Shown here in pieces: positions 9,845 to 21,339 of a DNA stretch of 41,172 bases. A program made the position numbers and the translations under genes. Under the pieces are notes generated by a model, which saw nothing but the letters and a program-made list of their open reading frames with translations, was not told where the DNA came from and did not search any database. Each line of letters opens with the position of its first letter. The stretch's first letter is position 1. Source of the DNA: Alloascoidea hylecoeti (lineage: Eukaryota); assembly GCA_001600815.1 (NCBI GenBank), contig BCKZ01000012.1:671546-712717 (forward strand), given 5' to 3'.

Positions 9845-12232
9845 ATGGCAATACCAAAACCAAAACCGAGCTTAAAAAGAAAGAGATCGGGTTCACATAG
9901 TAAGCCAACCCCCAAACTTGTCAAACAAAAAAAAAAAAAAAGTGGGAGTAAGAGAATAATCAAGGACAATGAAAAGCCAAAAAATAATGCATTAAAGGGA
10001 CACATTGTCGCTCCTGATAGTCTACAATGGAGTACAGTCAATGCTGATAATTTAGATGACGCGTATGGGTTCTTTGGCTTGGAAGAAATCGATGGTGTTG
10101 ATGTACAGGTAGTCAATGGTAAACTAAACTTCGTGAAACTTGACGATAAACCATCAGAAGTTAAAGATAATCAGGAAATTAAAACTGATAGTAAGAAAAT
10201 CAATAAGAAACTCAAAAAGCATATAGATGATAATGAATACATGTTTTCAAAAGATCATGCATCCAATCCCTTCGAAACCTTAGCCTCTGCCAAGTTCAAA
10301 GAAGTATCTTTACCAAGATGGAATTTCAAAGTGAAAACCGATACCGATGAAACAATCGCATATGTCTTGTCAACTTACTTATTACAAGGTCTGAATGAGA
10401 TGGGCTATTCTAAGCCAACTCTTATTCAAAAGAAGAGTATCCCCGAAATTTTAGCAGGTAAAGATGTTATCGGTAAAGGATCAACTGGTAGTGGAAAAAC
10501 TTTGGCATATGGCTTGCCTTTATTGGAAAAAGTTTTACAAAGGAATGAAACAAATGGGAAAATCGAAAATGATGAGGAAGCAGATATTGAAATTTCAGAT
10601 GAAGATGAAGATGAAGATGAAGATGAAGATGAAGATGAAGAAGAAGAGGATGATGATGATGATGATGATGATGAGATGGCAGATAAAATTCAGTCCAAAT
10701 CTAAATTTGTTCCTCCTATTGGCATAGTTTTTACCCCAACCCGTGAGCTTGCTCATCAAGTAACAAAACATTTAGATCAAATTTCGAAATTTTGCCCTTT
10801 TTCACCTCATACGATAATCAATATAACCGGTGGTTTATCGATTCAAAAACAAGAAAGATTGCTGATGCAATATAATCCTGCCATTATAGTTGCTACTCCG
10901 GGTAGATTTTTGGAAATTATAGAAAAGAATTATGAAGTACTGACTGATGGACTCAAGAAAGTCAACACAGTTATTTTTGATGAAGCTGATCGACTGCTTC
11001 AAGATGGACATTTTGAAGAATTGGATAAAATCCTCAAATACTTAAACCCAACGAAAAATAAATCCAAAGCTGCTAGAGGATCGTACCAGACATTGATTTT
11101 TTCCGCAACATTTCAAAAAAGTTTACTTTATAAATTGGATAAAACAGTGAAAGCCGCCAAAGATGCAAATAATATAGCAACAAATCAGGAAATGATGGAA
11201 ATTTTATCTAAAAAACTGCAATTTGATGAATCAAATCAACCAAAGTTCATTGATGCAAATCCAATAGAAAAGATTGCTTCAGAAATTGTCGAAAGCATGA
11301 TCGAGTGCAATGGGCTTACTGATAAAGACTTATATCTTTATTATTTTTTAACAATGTATTCAGGCCGAACTTTAGTGTTTGCTAATTCTATTGAAAGTGT
11401 CAAGAAGATTCAGAATTTCCTCTCGGAGCTTGGAGTTATTTCATTTGCTATTCATTCGAATATGATTCAGAAACAGCGTCTAAGATCACTGGAGAGATTC
11501 AAAGATCCAAAAAATAATACCGGAGGAAAAGCTGTTGTTCTAGTAGCAACTGATGTTGCTGCTCGTGGTCTCGATATCGCAGATATAGAACATGTAATCC
11601 ACTACCATTTACCTAGAACAGCAGATATGTACATTCACAGATCTGGTAGAACGGCTAGAGCCGGGAAAAAAGGTGTCTCTGTTATTTTATGTTCGCCCCA
11701 GGAAGCCAATGGCCCTTTAAGGAAGTTAAGGAAACTGGTGGATAATCAGGAAGAAAATGGTAGGCTAGGTACCAAAGATTTACAAATGCTACCCATCGAA
11801 CATGATATCGTCAAACAGATTAAAGAGCGAGTTGAGGTTGCCAAAAAATTATCAGAATCAACAATGGCTTCACGATCTACTAGCAAAGACTCATCTTGGT
11901 TGAGCCAAGCAGCAGATGATCTCGGTGTAGATGTAAAGGAGGCTTTACTTATAGGGGAAGATGAGCATCTGAAAAAGAAGCGACTGAGAAATGAGCAAAA
12001 GTCACTAACCAAAAATGAAACCAAACAATTACGTGGTCAATTGAAATGGATTTTACAAAACGAGAAAGTTAAAATGGGAAGTGATGTTATTGGAAGGAAA
12101 GGCTATTTAACCAGTGGGGCCATAAATTTAGCAAACAACTTAATTAAAGGAGAAGGCCATAATATGGTTCTTGGACATAAATCGGCCAAAGCATTAGATG
12201 ATTTAAAAAAGAAATCTCGTAAAGGAAAATAA
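9845..12232 (+). CDS. MAK5: DEAD-box RNA helicase Mak5 (DDX24), 60S biogenesis
   Basis: Q motif, GSGKT, PTRELA, TPGR, DEAD, SAT, ARGLD, HRSGRTARAG, plus the Mak5-type GLEEIDGV N-terminal motif. Confidence 0.95.
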   Translation: MAIPKPKPSLKRKRSGSHSKPTPKLVKQKKKKSGSKRIIKDNEKPKNNALKGHIVAPDSLQWSTVNADNLDDAYGFFGLEEIDGVDVQVVNGKLNFVKLDDKPSEVKDNQEIKTDSKKINKKLKKHIDDNEYMFSKDHASNPFETLASAKFKEVSLPRWNFKVKTDTDETIAYVLSTYLLQGLNEMGYSKPTLIQKKSIPEILAGKDVIGKGSTGSGKTLAYGLPLLEKVLQRNETNGKIENDEEADIEISDEDEDEDEDEDEDEEEEDDDDDDDDEMADKIQSKSKFVPPIGIVFTPTRELAHQVTKHLDQISKFCPFSPHTIINITGGLSIQKQERLLMQYNPAIIVATPGRFLEIIEKNYEVLTDGLKKVNTVIFDEADRLLQDGHFEELDKILKYLNPTKNKSKAARGSYQTLIFSATFQKSLLYKLDKTVKAAKDANNIATNQEMMEILSKKLQFDESNQPKFIDANPIEKIASEIVESMIECNGLTDKDLYLYYFLTMYSGRTLVFANSIESVKKIQNFLSELGVISFAIHSNMIQKQRLRSLERFKDPKNNTGGKAVVLVATDVAARGLDIADIEHVIHYHLPRTADMYIHRSGRTARAGKKGVSVILCSPQEANGPLRKLRKLVDNQEENGRLGTKDLQMLPIEHDIVKQIKERVEVAKKLSESTMASRSTSKDSSWLSQAADDLGVDVKEALLIGEDEHLKKKRLRNEQKSLTKNETKQLRGQLKWILQNEKVKMGSDVIGRKGYLTSGAINLANNLIKGEGHNMVLGHKSAKALDDLKKKSRKGK
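10598..10675 (+). repeat. (GATGAA)n/(GAT)n microsatellite encoding an acidic D/E tract within MAK5
   Basis: GATGAA repeats followed by GAT repeats are directly visible. Confidence 0.9.
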
Positions 12233-12455
12233 TGGATCATTAATTAACTTCATAGGAATAAAATAAATTAAACAAACGTTAACTAACCAGTTAAGACAAA
12301 TTAGATCAAAATAGGGTATATACTATATAGTATAACTGTTGAGGGAAAATACAGATCAATTGAACTATACAAAATGTTTCTACTTGTTTCGTATATTGCA
12401 AAGATCATATAAGTTATAGATATAATTTATTAAAACAAAAGGGTAATTAATAGAC

Positions 12456-13913
12456 CTAATCGTCCCAATATTCATCATCATCATCACTGTCCTCCGCCAA
12501 TTGCTCAAAGTTCAGTTTGTATCTCAGTAGAGCACCAATGCCACCAAAACCTCTTACGAATTGGGCACCTTCACTGGATCTATCGGTGACAAATTCTAAT
12601 GTAGCACCAAAGCTCTTGTAGTTTTCAGCTAACCACTCCAGCAGAGGTTGCTCTGAGATAATTTCTAATTCTTGGCCCGTTTTTTTATCTAACAAATGAT
12701 TCTTGTCAGTAACAGCCTTCGATGCATGGGCAATTACTTCGTTTCCATCAGGATCCTTTAAAGTGTAACGGACAATATCCAAGTTTTCAAAGACGATGAT
12801 GATCTCGCAGGCACCAGCGTCCAAAGCTTTTAGGGTATCATCGACTCCATAACAAAATTTACCAGTATCCTGTGAAATTTCATCAAAGTACTGCGTAATA
12901 AGTTTCTTCTCTTGGATAAATTTAACATTGGCCAAAGTTTCGGCTGATAATTCAATAGCTTGGTTGAAACCATTTTCACCTCCATATGAAACATCAACAA
13001 TTTTGACAATTTTTGCTTGTAATCGAAGATCAAACATATCTGATCTACTTAATTCTGTCTTAAAATCAGCAGAACCCGCTAAAATAATGCCACTAACATT
13101 CACCTTGTCATTTGTGATGAAGTTTTGAACTGCCACTTCGGCGACCTTTCTAACATAATTATGTCTCTTTTCATCACGCAAACGTGAGAAACGAAGAGCA
13201 GACTGACCACCACGACCGTGCTTCTTTGGTAAATCGACAGTAAATTTGAATAGCACTTCACGGGTATTCCCCGACAAAACACCAAATAATGCACCATTAC
13301 CGTCCATAACAATGAACCCAAATCTGGAGTCAGACTCTAGAAGTTCAGAAAGTGCTTCAGTGTGAAATTTGTTGTCACACAAATACAAGGATGTGTTAAT
13401 TGGTTTGAAAGGCTCGAAATCGATATTCAATTTTCGTTCTTTACCCTCTGGTGTAATAACATCACCACAGTATATGACAAGACCGTTTGGAGGAAGTTTG
13501 TTGTAGAGTTTCAATTTTTGTTGTGTTGATGTTATAGCCGACAAGACAGACAATCTGTTGACACGAGACTTGATGTTAGAGGCTGTACCGTATTCATCTG
13601 TTAACATTTTATTGATAATTGAAATTTGACCACGAGGAGGAATAATGAGGGAAATCATGGAGGTACCGTTACCACGAGCTGATTCCAAGCTGGTTTAAAA
13701 AAGAGCAATATTAGTAAAGTTGTTGGAACATTATGAGGGCTCCCAAAGTCCGATGAATTGATCGACAAACCTCTTGATAAGTCTATAGTTAACAGTTTTT
13801 AAGTTAGTAAGTAGTCACAAATTGAAGGAACAATTCCGGAGTAATACGAACTTTTTAACCTTCCATATTTCAATGTTCTTCTCTGCTTCGCTTTCTGATA
13901 TTGCGGGAGCCAT
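12456..13913 (-). CDS. SUP45: Translation termination factor eRF1; exons 13913-13852, 13782-13771 (12-nt micro-exon), 13689-12456
   Basis: GTS, TASNIKS, YLCDNKF and GRGGQS motifs. Splicing restores the conserved [36 protein letters not shown]; both introns have TACTAAY branch points and YAG acceptors. Confidence 0.95.
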
Positions 13914-14091
13914 TTTAATAGGTCAGATTGATTTTGATTCGAGATGAGTAAAAATTGAATGGAGGAGGTTTGAATAATTTTCAGAGTAGAGTTCTGATAG
14001 TTACCTCCATGCTGATATATACACTTATGGTCTGTTCTTAATCCACAAATCTCCACCCTAAGCTTCTATAAATTTTGGTTTGAATACAAAA

Positions 14092-15306
14092 ATGGCCTTC
14101 CTCCGCCCCCGACGGAACAGCACTGACTCAGACAACTCGCAGTCCATATCAGACTCCGCGAGCGAAACCCAACCTAAAGTCAAGAACCATAGACCCAAAG
14201 AGAATCCCTTCACCCAACAACAGCTGAAAGCCTACCATCCTATTCTCACCCATAAGACTGTTATCCCTTTGTTTTTTGCCATTGCAGTCATATTTATACC
14301 ACTGGGAGGTGGAATGTATTACGGTGGACATAAGGTCCAAAATCTAACTATTGAATACACTAACTGCGCCAGTTTGGCATCTACGGAATACTATTCAGCT
14401 ATTCCATCCAAGTACTATTCTCTGAATTTTGAGAAGAAGCTTGAAGACCTTTCGAATTACAACTATCCCCAATGGAAGTTGTATATCAACGAATCCGAGA
14501 AATATGAGGAAGACAAAAATGTTTGTCGTGTCCAGTTCGAGATTCCGAATTCCATGGGGCCCCCAGTTCTATTTTTCTATAAGCTAACAAACTTTCATCA
14601 AAACCATAGACGTTATGTCAAGAGTTTCAGTGAAGATCAGTTGAATGGAAAGGCTGCCTCTATTAGTACTATCAAAGACACAACCGGCCAAAACTGCCAA
14701 CCTTTAACTACTAATGAAGATGGGGTTCCGTATTATCCGTGTGGGGTCATCGCTAATTCCTTGTTCAACGACACATTTACCTCCCTTACTAGTACCAACA
14801 ATACAGATTCGAGCAATTATGAGATGACAGACAAGGGTATTGCCTGGAGTACCGATAAGAATAGATTTAAAAAGACAAGCTATAATGCAAGTGCTGTTGT
14901 CCCTCCGCCCAATTGGGTGAAAGCATACCCAGATGGTTATAATGACTCGAATATACCTGATATTTCTCAATGGGAGCATTTTCAAAACTGGATGAGAACT
15001 TCTGGCTTGCCAACCTTTTCAAAGCTTGAAAAAAGAAACGACGATGACCCTTTGAATGCCGGAATTTATGAAGTGGCTATTGGTGAACATTTTCCTGTTA
15101 AAGAGTATAATGGTAAAAAGGCTATTGTCATCAGCACAAGATCTGTTATTGGTGGTAGATCGATCTTCTTGGGAGTTTCTTGGATTGTAGTTGGAGCTCT
15201 GTGCTTCATCTTGGCTATGGTATTTTTGATCACACATTTGGTTAAACCAAGAAAACTAGGAGACCATAGATATCTTTCCTGGAACAAAGATGAGAAAACT
15301 GAATGA
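14092..15306 (+). CDS. LEM3: Cdc50/Lem3-family P4-ATPase flippase beta subunit, Lem3-like
   Basis: RPKENPFTQQQL (Lem3-type), FYKLTNFHQNHRRYVKSF, YYPCG.IANSLFND, FQNWMR, two TM helices, PRKLGD..YLSWN. First ATG is at 14092. Confidence 0.8.
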   Translation: MAFLRPRRNSTDSDNSQSISDSASETQPKVKNHRPKENPFTQQQLKAYHPILTHKTVIPLFFAIAVIFIPLGGGMYYGGHKVQNLTIEYTNCASLASTEYYSAIPSKYYSLNFEKKLEDLSNYNYPQWKLYINESEKYEEDKNVCRVQFEIPNSMGPPVLFFYKLTNFHQNHRRYVKSFSEDQLNGKAASISTIKDTTGQNCQPLTTNEDGVPYYPCGVIANSLFNDTFTSLTSTNNTDSSNYEMTDKGIAWSTDKNRFKKTSYNASAVVPPPNWVKAYPDGYNDSNIPDISQWEHFQNWMRTSGLPTFSKLEKRNDDDPLNAGIYEVAIGEHFPVKEYNGKKAIVISTRSVIGGRSIFLGVSWIVVGALCFILAMVFLITHLVKPRKLGDHRYLSWNKDEKTE

Positions 15307-15593
15307 GTTTTTTAGGATCAATAGTGTATTTTATTTGATTTCATTTGTTTTTATTACCTTGATATTCCCACTCATTGATCCGTAATTATATGAGAATTCG
15401 AAAGGAGCTTAGGTTTGATTTATATTTATATTTAGTATACTACATATTATAATTTCTACTTTATATTTTATAGATGGTTTTTTTGGCTATAATCTTAAAG
15501 CCATATAGCTAATATATAAATATATATCTGACATCCATCGATATTCACAATAATTTTAGAACAGTATTATGCGCATAATACAATATCACAACA

Positions 15594-16462
15594 CAGTCAG
15601 TGCCCAGAAGTTTGGGTGCAACTTTTTTCATTTGTAAACTTTATTTGAGTGTATTTTAACGAAACCTTACCCCTTTTTGACTATTCAAAGTTTAGATGGC
15701 TCGGCTTACCACTGAACGAAAATTCCATATTTTGTTGGGCAGGCCATTACAATACTGAAACTGCCAAAATAGTTGGTGTTCATCGTAATACTCCGAGACG
15801 CGTCTGGCTTCATTATAAACAGGGGGGTACCGTAGAGAATATCAAACCACCTGGCGTGAAGTCTGTTTTATCTCCTCGAGACCTTGGCGGTATCAGAAGG
15901 GAACACTAAAAAATCCAACAATGAATGCCCGCGAATTGGCTTCTTTGAAACGATTTCAGGTGAGCACTATGACATTTAGGAGACATTCAAAGGAGATGAA
16001 TTTTAAAAGAAGAGAAAAAAGTTTTGGTTGTCACCCCATCATATAGCAGCACGTATACGATTTGCCCACCAATAACAAAATTTTACTGTAAACAACTGGA
16101 AACGCGTGATTTTTTCGGATGGGTCGTCGATTTCAAAACGTGGTTCAACAGCAGAGAGATATTGTTACCAAGATCAGAATGATAAAGGGGCAACCCCAGG
16201 TATCTATTAACTCAATTTAAGAATGGTGATGTTAAAATCATGGAGAAGTTAAGAAGGTCAAGGAACACCTTTACCAGAGTTATCGAAGGAGATAGATAAG
16301 TCGTATTTTGATGGGCCCATTGCATCCATCCGCGACTACAAAAGGTTATAGAATGCAAGGGGCTGCACATACTAGTTAATGAAGATGATATCTATATATG
16401 TTTTATTTATGTTTTGTTTCATGCTGAAAATATTTTGCACCCAAACACTTCTGAGCTGACTG
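15594..16462 (+). mobile_element. Decayed Tc1/mariner DNA transposon (internally deleted)
   Basis: Imperfect TIRs: CAGTCAGTGCCCAGAAGTTTGGGTGCAA on the left, TTGCACCCAAACACTTCTGAGCTGACTG followed by TA on the right. Transposase fragments PGVKSVLSPRDL, LSPHHIAARIRFAHQ*QNFTVNNWKRVIFSDGSSI (~16030-16135) and KVIECKG. Confidence 0.85.
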
Positions 16463-16464
16463 TA

Positions 16465-17617
16465 CAGTAGGTCACATGTGATTGCGATCAGTAAAATTCA
16501 ATAAACTTTATTTATAAATAAGTCATCGAAAACTTAATAATTTAACGCCATTGAAAATATAAATAACTCGCTGACTAGAGAGCAAAAGTAATATCTCGTT
16601 TCTTCGGTCGTATCATGTCATATGTATCTAAAAATGACAGAATTGTAGGTGCTCCCCAAACTGCCGGGAGACGCGTCTAGCCTACAAAACATCTTGCACT
16701 GTAGAACACACGACTATAAAGGTATCTTCGCATGATCGTAAACGCCTAATAAGAGGATTACAAAAAAGCCTGACGAAAAAAAACGCGATACTCGTCTATT
16801 ACGAAGGGAAAACCAGATTAAGAAGTGTATATCAGAAAAGTATTATAACGAGTGGAAATACCTTTAATTTAAGCTTTTAAAGTATTCTTCAAGAGGACAA
16901 TTCCCCAATCATAATATCAAAACCCAATAAGGAGGAATTCAAATGGAACATGGGCTGTGAACTCCTCAGAGCTAACTCTGTGTCGCACAAGCTCAAACTT
17001 TATATAAAACGCAAGAACAAAAAGTTAGGTATAATTAAAAGAGTCAATAAAGAGTGTCAGAAGATCAAGAAGCATTTTTCAGAAGTTTGTAGAGTTATGA
17101 GATCAGCCAGATCAATCATTTTGACTGACGCATCACTTCGACCTAAACAAGTTGTAGAAGCAAACGTAAGGCATACCGACTACTGTAATCATCCCCAATG
17201 ATGTTTTGATTGGTTAGGCTACACATAATATATTTTATTTAATAATAATTCCTTGAAAAATGCTCTTTTAATCAATTTTATGTTAGCTCTTTAGACCTAA
17301 AACCGTTTGTCACAAGCTCAAAAGTGACTCAACAAAAATTATTCGTAGTTAGTGCTAGACTCAAGAAGGCCAATGATCATCATTTCAGTAATACTTTCAG
17401 AGTTATGGTCAGATAAATCAATTACTTCTTGAACCGCTACTCGCAAACTTGCCAAAGTGACTGAAGCTACTGTAGAATTAGATGGAAGACATATTGACCA
17501 CTCTAATTGTCTCCTGTGATGTTTAGACAGGTTAAGAAATGCTATTTATGTTTTATTTAGTAATATTTCCCTGGGAATTTCTTTATTCAAGATTTTATGC
17601 AAACATGTGACCCACTA
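16465..17617 (+). mobile_element. Second decayed Tc1-like element abutting the first, with a duplicated 3' part
   Basis: Left end TA-CAGTAGGTCACATGT, right end ACATGTGACCCACTA. Fragments RDTRLLRRE, VVEANVRHTDY (~17150-17185) and TVELDGRHIDH (~17470-17505) resemble the Tc1 C-terminal VI.A.G..T.Y motif. Confidence 0.65.
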
Positions 17618-20544
17618 TGAACATTGTATTATTTTGAGAAAAAAAAAGTCAAAGGGATCTCGGGCTCAAGCTAAGAGCTTGGAAATTTGGAGTAATAGAT
17701 ATGTATGATCATAATGACTTAAACTTCAGATTCATTAATAGTCATAACTTATAAGCGAGAACTGCATACATAGCCCATTTGTATGCATAGCTATAGGAAA
17801 AATTCTCTTGTGCATTGACTAGAATTAGAAACCGATACATCATGCATGTAGGCCTCCAAAAGAAGCTAGCAATGTAAATTATAGCACCAATTTTTCCTTG
17901 TCATATTGCAATTGGCGAATTGTTGCAATTTTGGAGAGCTGGGGTTGTTCTATTTGTGTCAAGCATTCAAGTTGCCCATAAAGGGTTTAAAATGTTTACA
18001 TGTTAGTCCTGTGGTAAAAAAATAATATAACTAGTCAGCTATTTATTTTATGATCAAGTTCACACCATACGATTCGCACAATTGCAGTTCTAACCCTCTG
18101 CTACTAAACGTTTTTCAATATATACATATTCATATATAATAAAGACTGCGGTTTGGTTTAAGTAAAAGCTAAAGGGCGAGATGGACGACTTAAGACTTCA
18201 AGGAAGAAAAAACAAATAATTGTTAAGAAGGAGATTTAGGTCTATAGCCCCAAAAAGACACATTCAGAGGTAAATCGTTATATTGATAAAATTTATACCA
18301 TATAAGTTTATTTTGTTTTATTGGGTATAAAATAGTACTACTTAAAGTGAATTTATTATATGGTGCAACAGTAAAAATGGAATATGGTTAGAAAATACCA
18401 GATAAATCTCAAATAACTAAAGTTTTGCTAATTATCTAATTTGAAGAAAATAGAAGTCTTTCTAGGCTCAAGATCCAGTTATTATGGGTTGCAAAACTAT
18501 TTTTAAGATAATATACGTCTATAATATTAATGCTCTTATATGATATTCAATTCATATTAATATGATTAATATTGTTCACGTAATATTAGCTTGAATTTGC
18601 AATATTATGTGTTCAAAACTATGATTACCTATGCGTCTACATAGCAAATGTAAAGTGGGCTTTAATCTGAGATATATCTAGGATAAAATATGAAATTAAT
18701 CCTCTCAAATTCCCATTTATTAACTTACAAAAACTTTTAAGAAATGCTCTTTGGACATGTTCTGAGAAGGAGGTTGATCTGCAATCCGCATTCATTGCAT
18801 ATGCATACATATTTTTTTTATTATAACAGATACAAACCTGGTCATATTGACGTATACTAATTTCAAATGCCGTAAACCTTAATAAATGTAGTGAACTTTA
18901 ACTCCAAATCCAACACAGACTCACAGAGACAACGATGAGCAAAAAAAAAAAAATATAACTAAATATTAATTTTTAACATATAACTCATCACAAGTTTGAG
19001 AAAGAAAAAGGGATTTTATGCATTTAATCCCAGAAACCAATTAAGGTGGTAACTATATATCGTGTTCTTATTTAATATTTACTGATTTTAATCATAAACT
19101 ACCACAACCGTCAATATTAATGATACCGAAAAATAAACTATATTTTTATTAATGTTACTGTATACAATTTGCATTATGACGGTTGTGTAAAGGAGCAAAT
19201 AAAGGTATACATATATAAGGTATATATTATAATGACATTATAAATGTTATAACTATTAACTGTAGAGAACATTAATATTTGCTATTTTTTAAAAGCACAT
19301 CACTTAAGCTTGGCATTATATTTTTTATATTCAATTATCTATTATCAGGTATGACTTGTAATTAGGTACCGGTATAGACTCTAGAGTCAGTTTGCGGAAA
19401 GGTAGTTTAATGTTAAGTAGATTCTAGTAATACTATTTTTAATAATAATATATTGCTGGTTTTGGTGGTAGAAGTGCTTTTTATGGACCATTCATATATG
19501 CTGTACCCTTTCCGTACGTAAACTAACTTACTATGAAATTATGATATAATATAGCCCTATATTGTCTGATGGAATGTAGGAATTAATACATTTCATTCTC
19601 CCCTAGAATACTTGAATAAACAATGTCTGTACGTGTGATTTGTTTAAAATTCACCTTATATATAGGCTAGATATTTATATGTATAAAGGTTCTCTTTTAA
19701 ACACTATACTTAAGATGTATAGCTTATAGCTTATAGTATCCTTATACTCATATAGGTATTATAGAGTGTATGTGAGTTCTTTCAGCTCCCCCAGCCAAGG
19801 GAAAATCAAAGATCATCAAGAGATACCTTTCAACAATTTCTAAACACTCGAAATGAAAATGAAAAAAAATATATATAAATATATAAATATAAAATTTCAC
19901 AGATCATATCAAGTGGAGAACTAGGCCAGGCTAATTCCTTCTTCAGGCGCTCTATTAGATAGCAATTCTTCACAGAGTTCCACCAAGGGGGTTACTTTGA
20001 CTTTGAAATTGGTTTTATTTCAATCATTTTTTACTGGATCTTTTGTAATACAAGGATTAATTGCCGGTATGCCAGTTAAGCACCTTGCTGAAGACTTCTT
20101 CATATTTGTAGGTAACTTAGTACTGGTACTGAGTGGTGGTTGATTAAAATTTAAACGAAAATAAGCTTCACGCTTCCCAATTTTTGATTCCTGAGGCTCT
20201 ATTTGATTTCAAATTTACTCATGGTCTTTATTCCTTACAGCTTACACAAATGATATGGAATACAAATTATCAGAAGTGTGCAAAATGAAACATGCATGAG
20301 TTATATAATAACGTGCAATTTTTTATATTAGAAGGTCATAAAACAAATAATCTACATAATTATGTGATTAAAGATAGATATAAGTATAAACAAATAAGCT
20401 GAAATTTTGATACTTTTAAAAGTTTTAACAATTTTTTTGAATGAAATCAAGAAATGTATGTATGTGTGGTAAGTATATGTGTTGACGATGAACGCTAGCA
20501 TTCTCATTAGATATTAGAGTTCGAACATTAGAACAGTTGTTTGA

Positions 20545-21339
20545 TCAGACTGGGGAATCCTGACCTGGATTAGCTGTCGTATAGTCCAAAAACTTCAAAA
20601 GTTTGTATAGTACAACAGAGATAACAGATCCCAAGAATGGGCCCACCCAGTAAATCCAGTGATAAACGGGGAAGGAGGCTGCTGCGATACAGGGACCAAA
20701 TGAACGAGCGGGATTCAAACCTGCTCCAGTATAATAAACTGCAAACAAATGGCCAATGAACAATGCAAAGCCTATAACAAGAGGACCCATGAATGTAGCC
20801 CGATGTTTTTCAACCGCCATAAACAACACAGTTGTGCATAAAATAGCTGTTGCGAACATCTCGATAAAAAGACCTCTAGTTTTTGACGCTCCACCACCAA
20901 GGCCGTTAGCAAACATAATTTCACCTGGAGTTAGAGCACTGGCGGCACCTGCGGCAGCCATACCAGCAACCATCTGAGCAATAAAGTTGACCACAAATCT
21001 AACAGGCCCGATGGCTCCAACAAGGAGTAGACTGAGGGAAACAGCAGGATTCAATTGCCCACCAGATATTCTAAAAAATATGAAGACATTTACCATTACA
21101 GAGAATCCAAATCCCAATGAAATCATAATCAATTGGCCTGGATCGCTTCCTTTGTCAGGTATATTCGGATCGTGGTTAGCAATCTGTGCAATAACCATTG
21201 CAAAAAGGAGAAACATAAAGGTACCACAAAACTCTCCTATCATAGAAATTAAGTGATTTCGTAGACCATCATTTCTTAAACCAACCTTCTGATAGGGTGG
21301 AGTAGGGAAAGTATCTTGAGGACTTGCAGTATCAGACAT
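20545..21339 (-). CDS. AQY1: Orthodox aquaporin (MIP family)
   Basis: [21 protein letters not shown] and [10 protein letters not shown] (two NPA boxes), [17 protein letters not shown]-terminus. Probable ATG is 21339. Confidence 0.93.
   Translation of the reverse strand: MSDTASPQDTFPTPPYQKVGLRNDGLRNHLISMIGEFCGTFMFLLFAMVIAQIANHDPNIPDKGSDPGQLIMISLGFGFSVMVNVFIFFRISGGQLNPAVSLSLLLVGAIGPVRFVVNFIAQMVAGMAAAGAASALTPGEIMFANGLGGGASKTRGLFIEMFATAILCTTVLFMAVEKHRATFMGPLVIGFALFIGHLFAVYYTGAGLNPARSFGPCIAAASFPVYHWIYWVGPFLGSVISVVLYKLLKFLDYTTANPGQDSPV

Noticed and set aside
12456..13913. Possible altered genetic code (variant eRF1 or CUG reassignment)
   Set aside because: eRF1 GTS, TASNIKS and YLCDNKF motifs are standard, all three stop codons end genes in this window, and CTG codons fall at Leu positions (eRF1 QPLLEWL).
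798..15287. Numerous short antisense or alternate-frame ORFs inside real genes (e.g. 798-1247, 10464-10727, 11746-12024)
   Set aside because: Shadows of real CDSs or microsatellites, with no independent protein signal.
16471..16600. CDEI-like GTCACATG followed by AT-rich DNA (point centromere?); also GTCACGTG at ~25769
   Set aside because: No CDEIII CCGAA core at a suitable distance, and both motifs lie inside transposon sequence.
17100..17200. SIILTD...CNH peptide suggesting a Merlin/IS1595 transposase
   Set aside because: TA-CAGT termini and the VVEAN.RHTDY ending fit Tc1 better.
19900..20200. Slightly GC-richer stretch that looks like decayed coding sequence
   Set aside because: The minus-strand frame I translated is broken by stops, the ORF track has nothing here, and no motif is recognisable.
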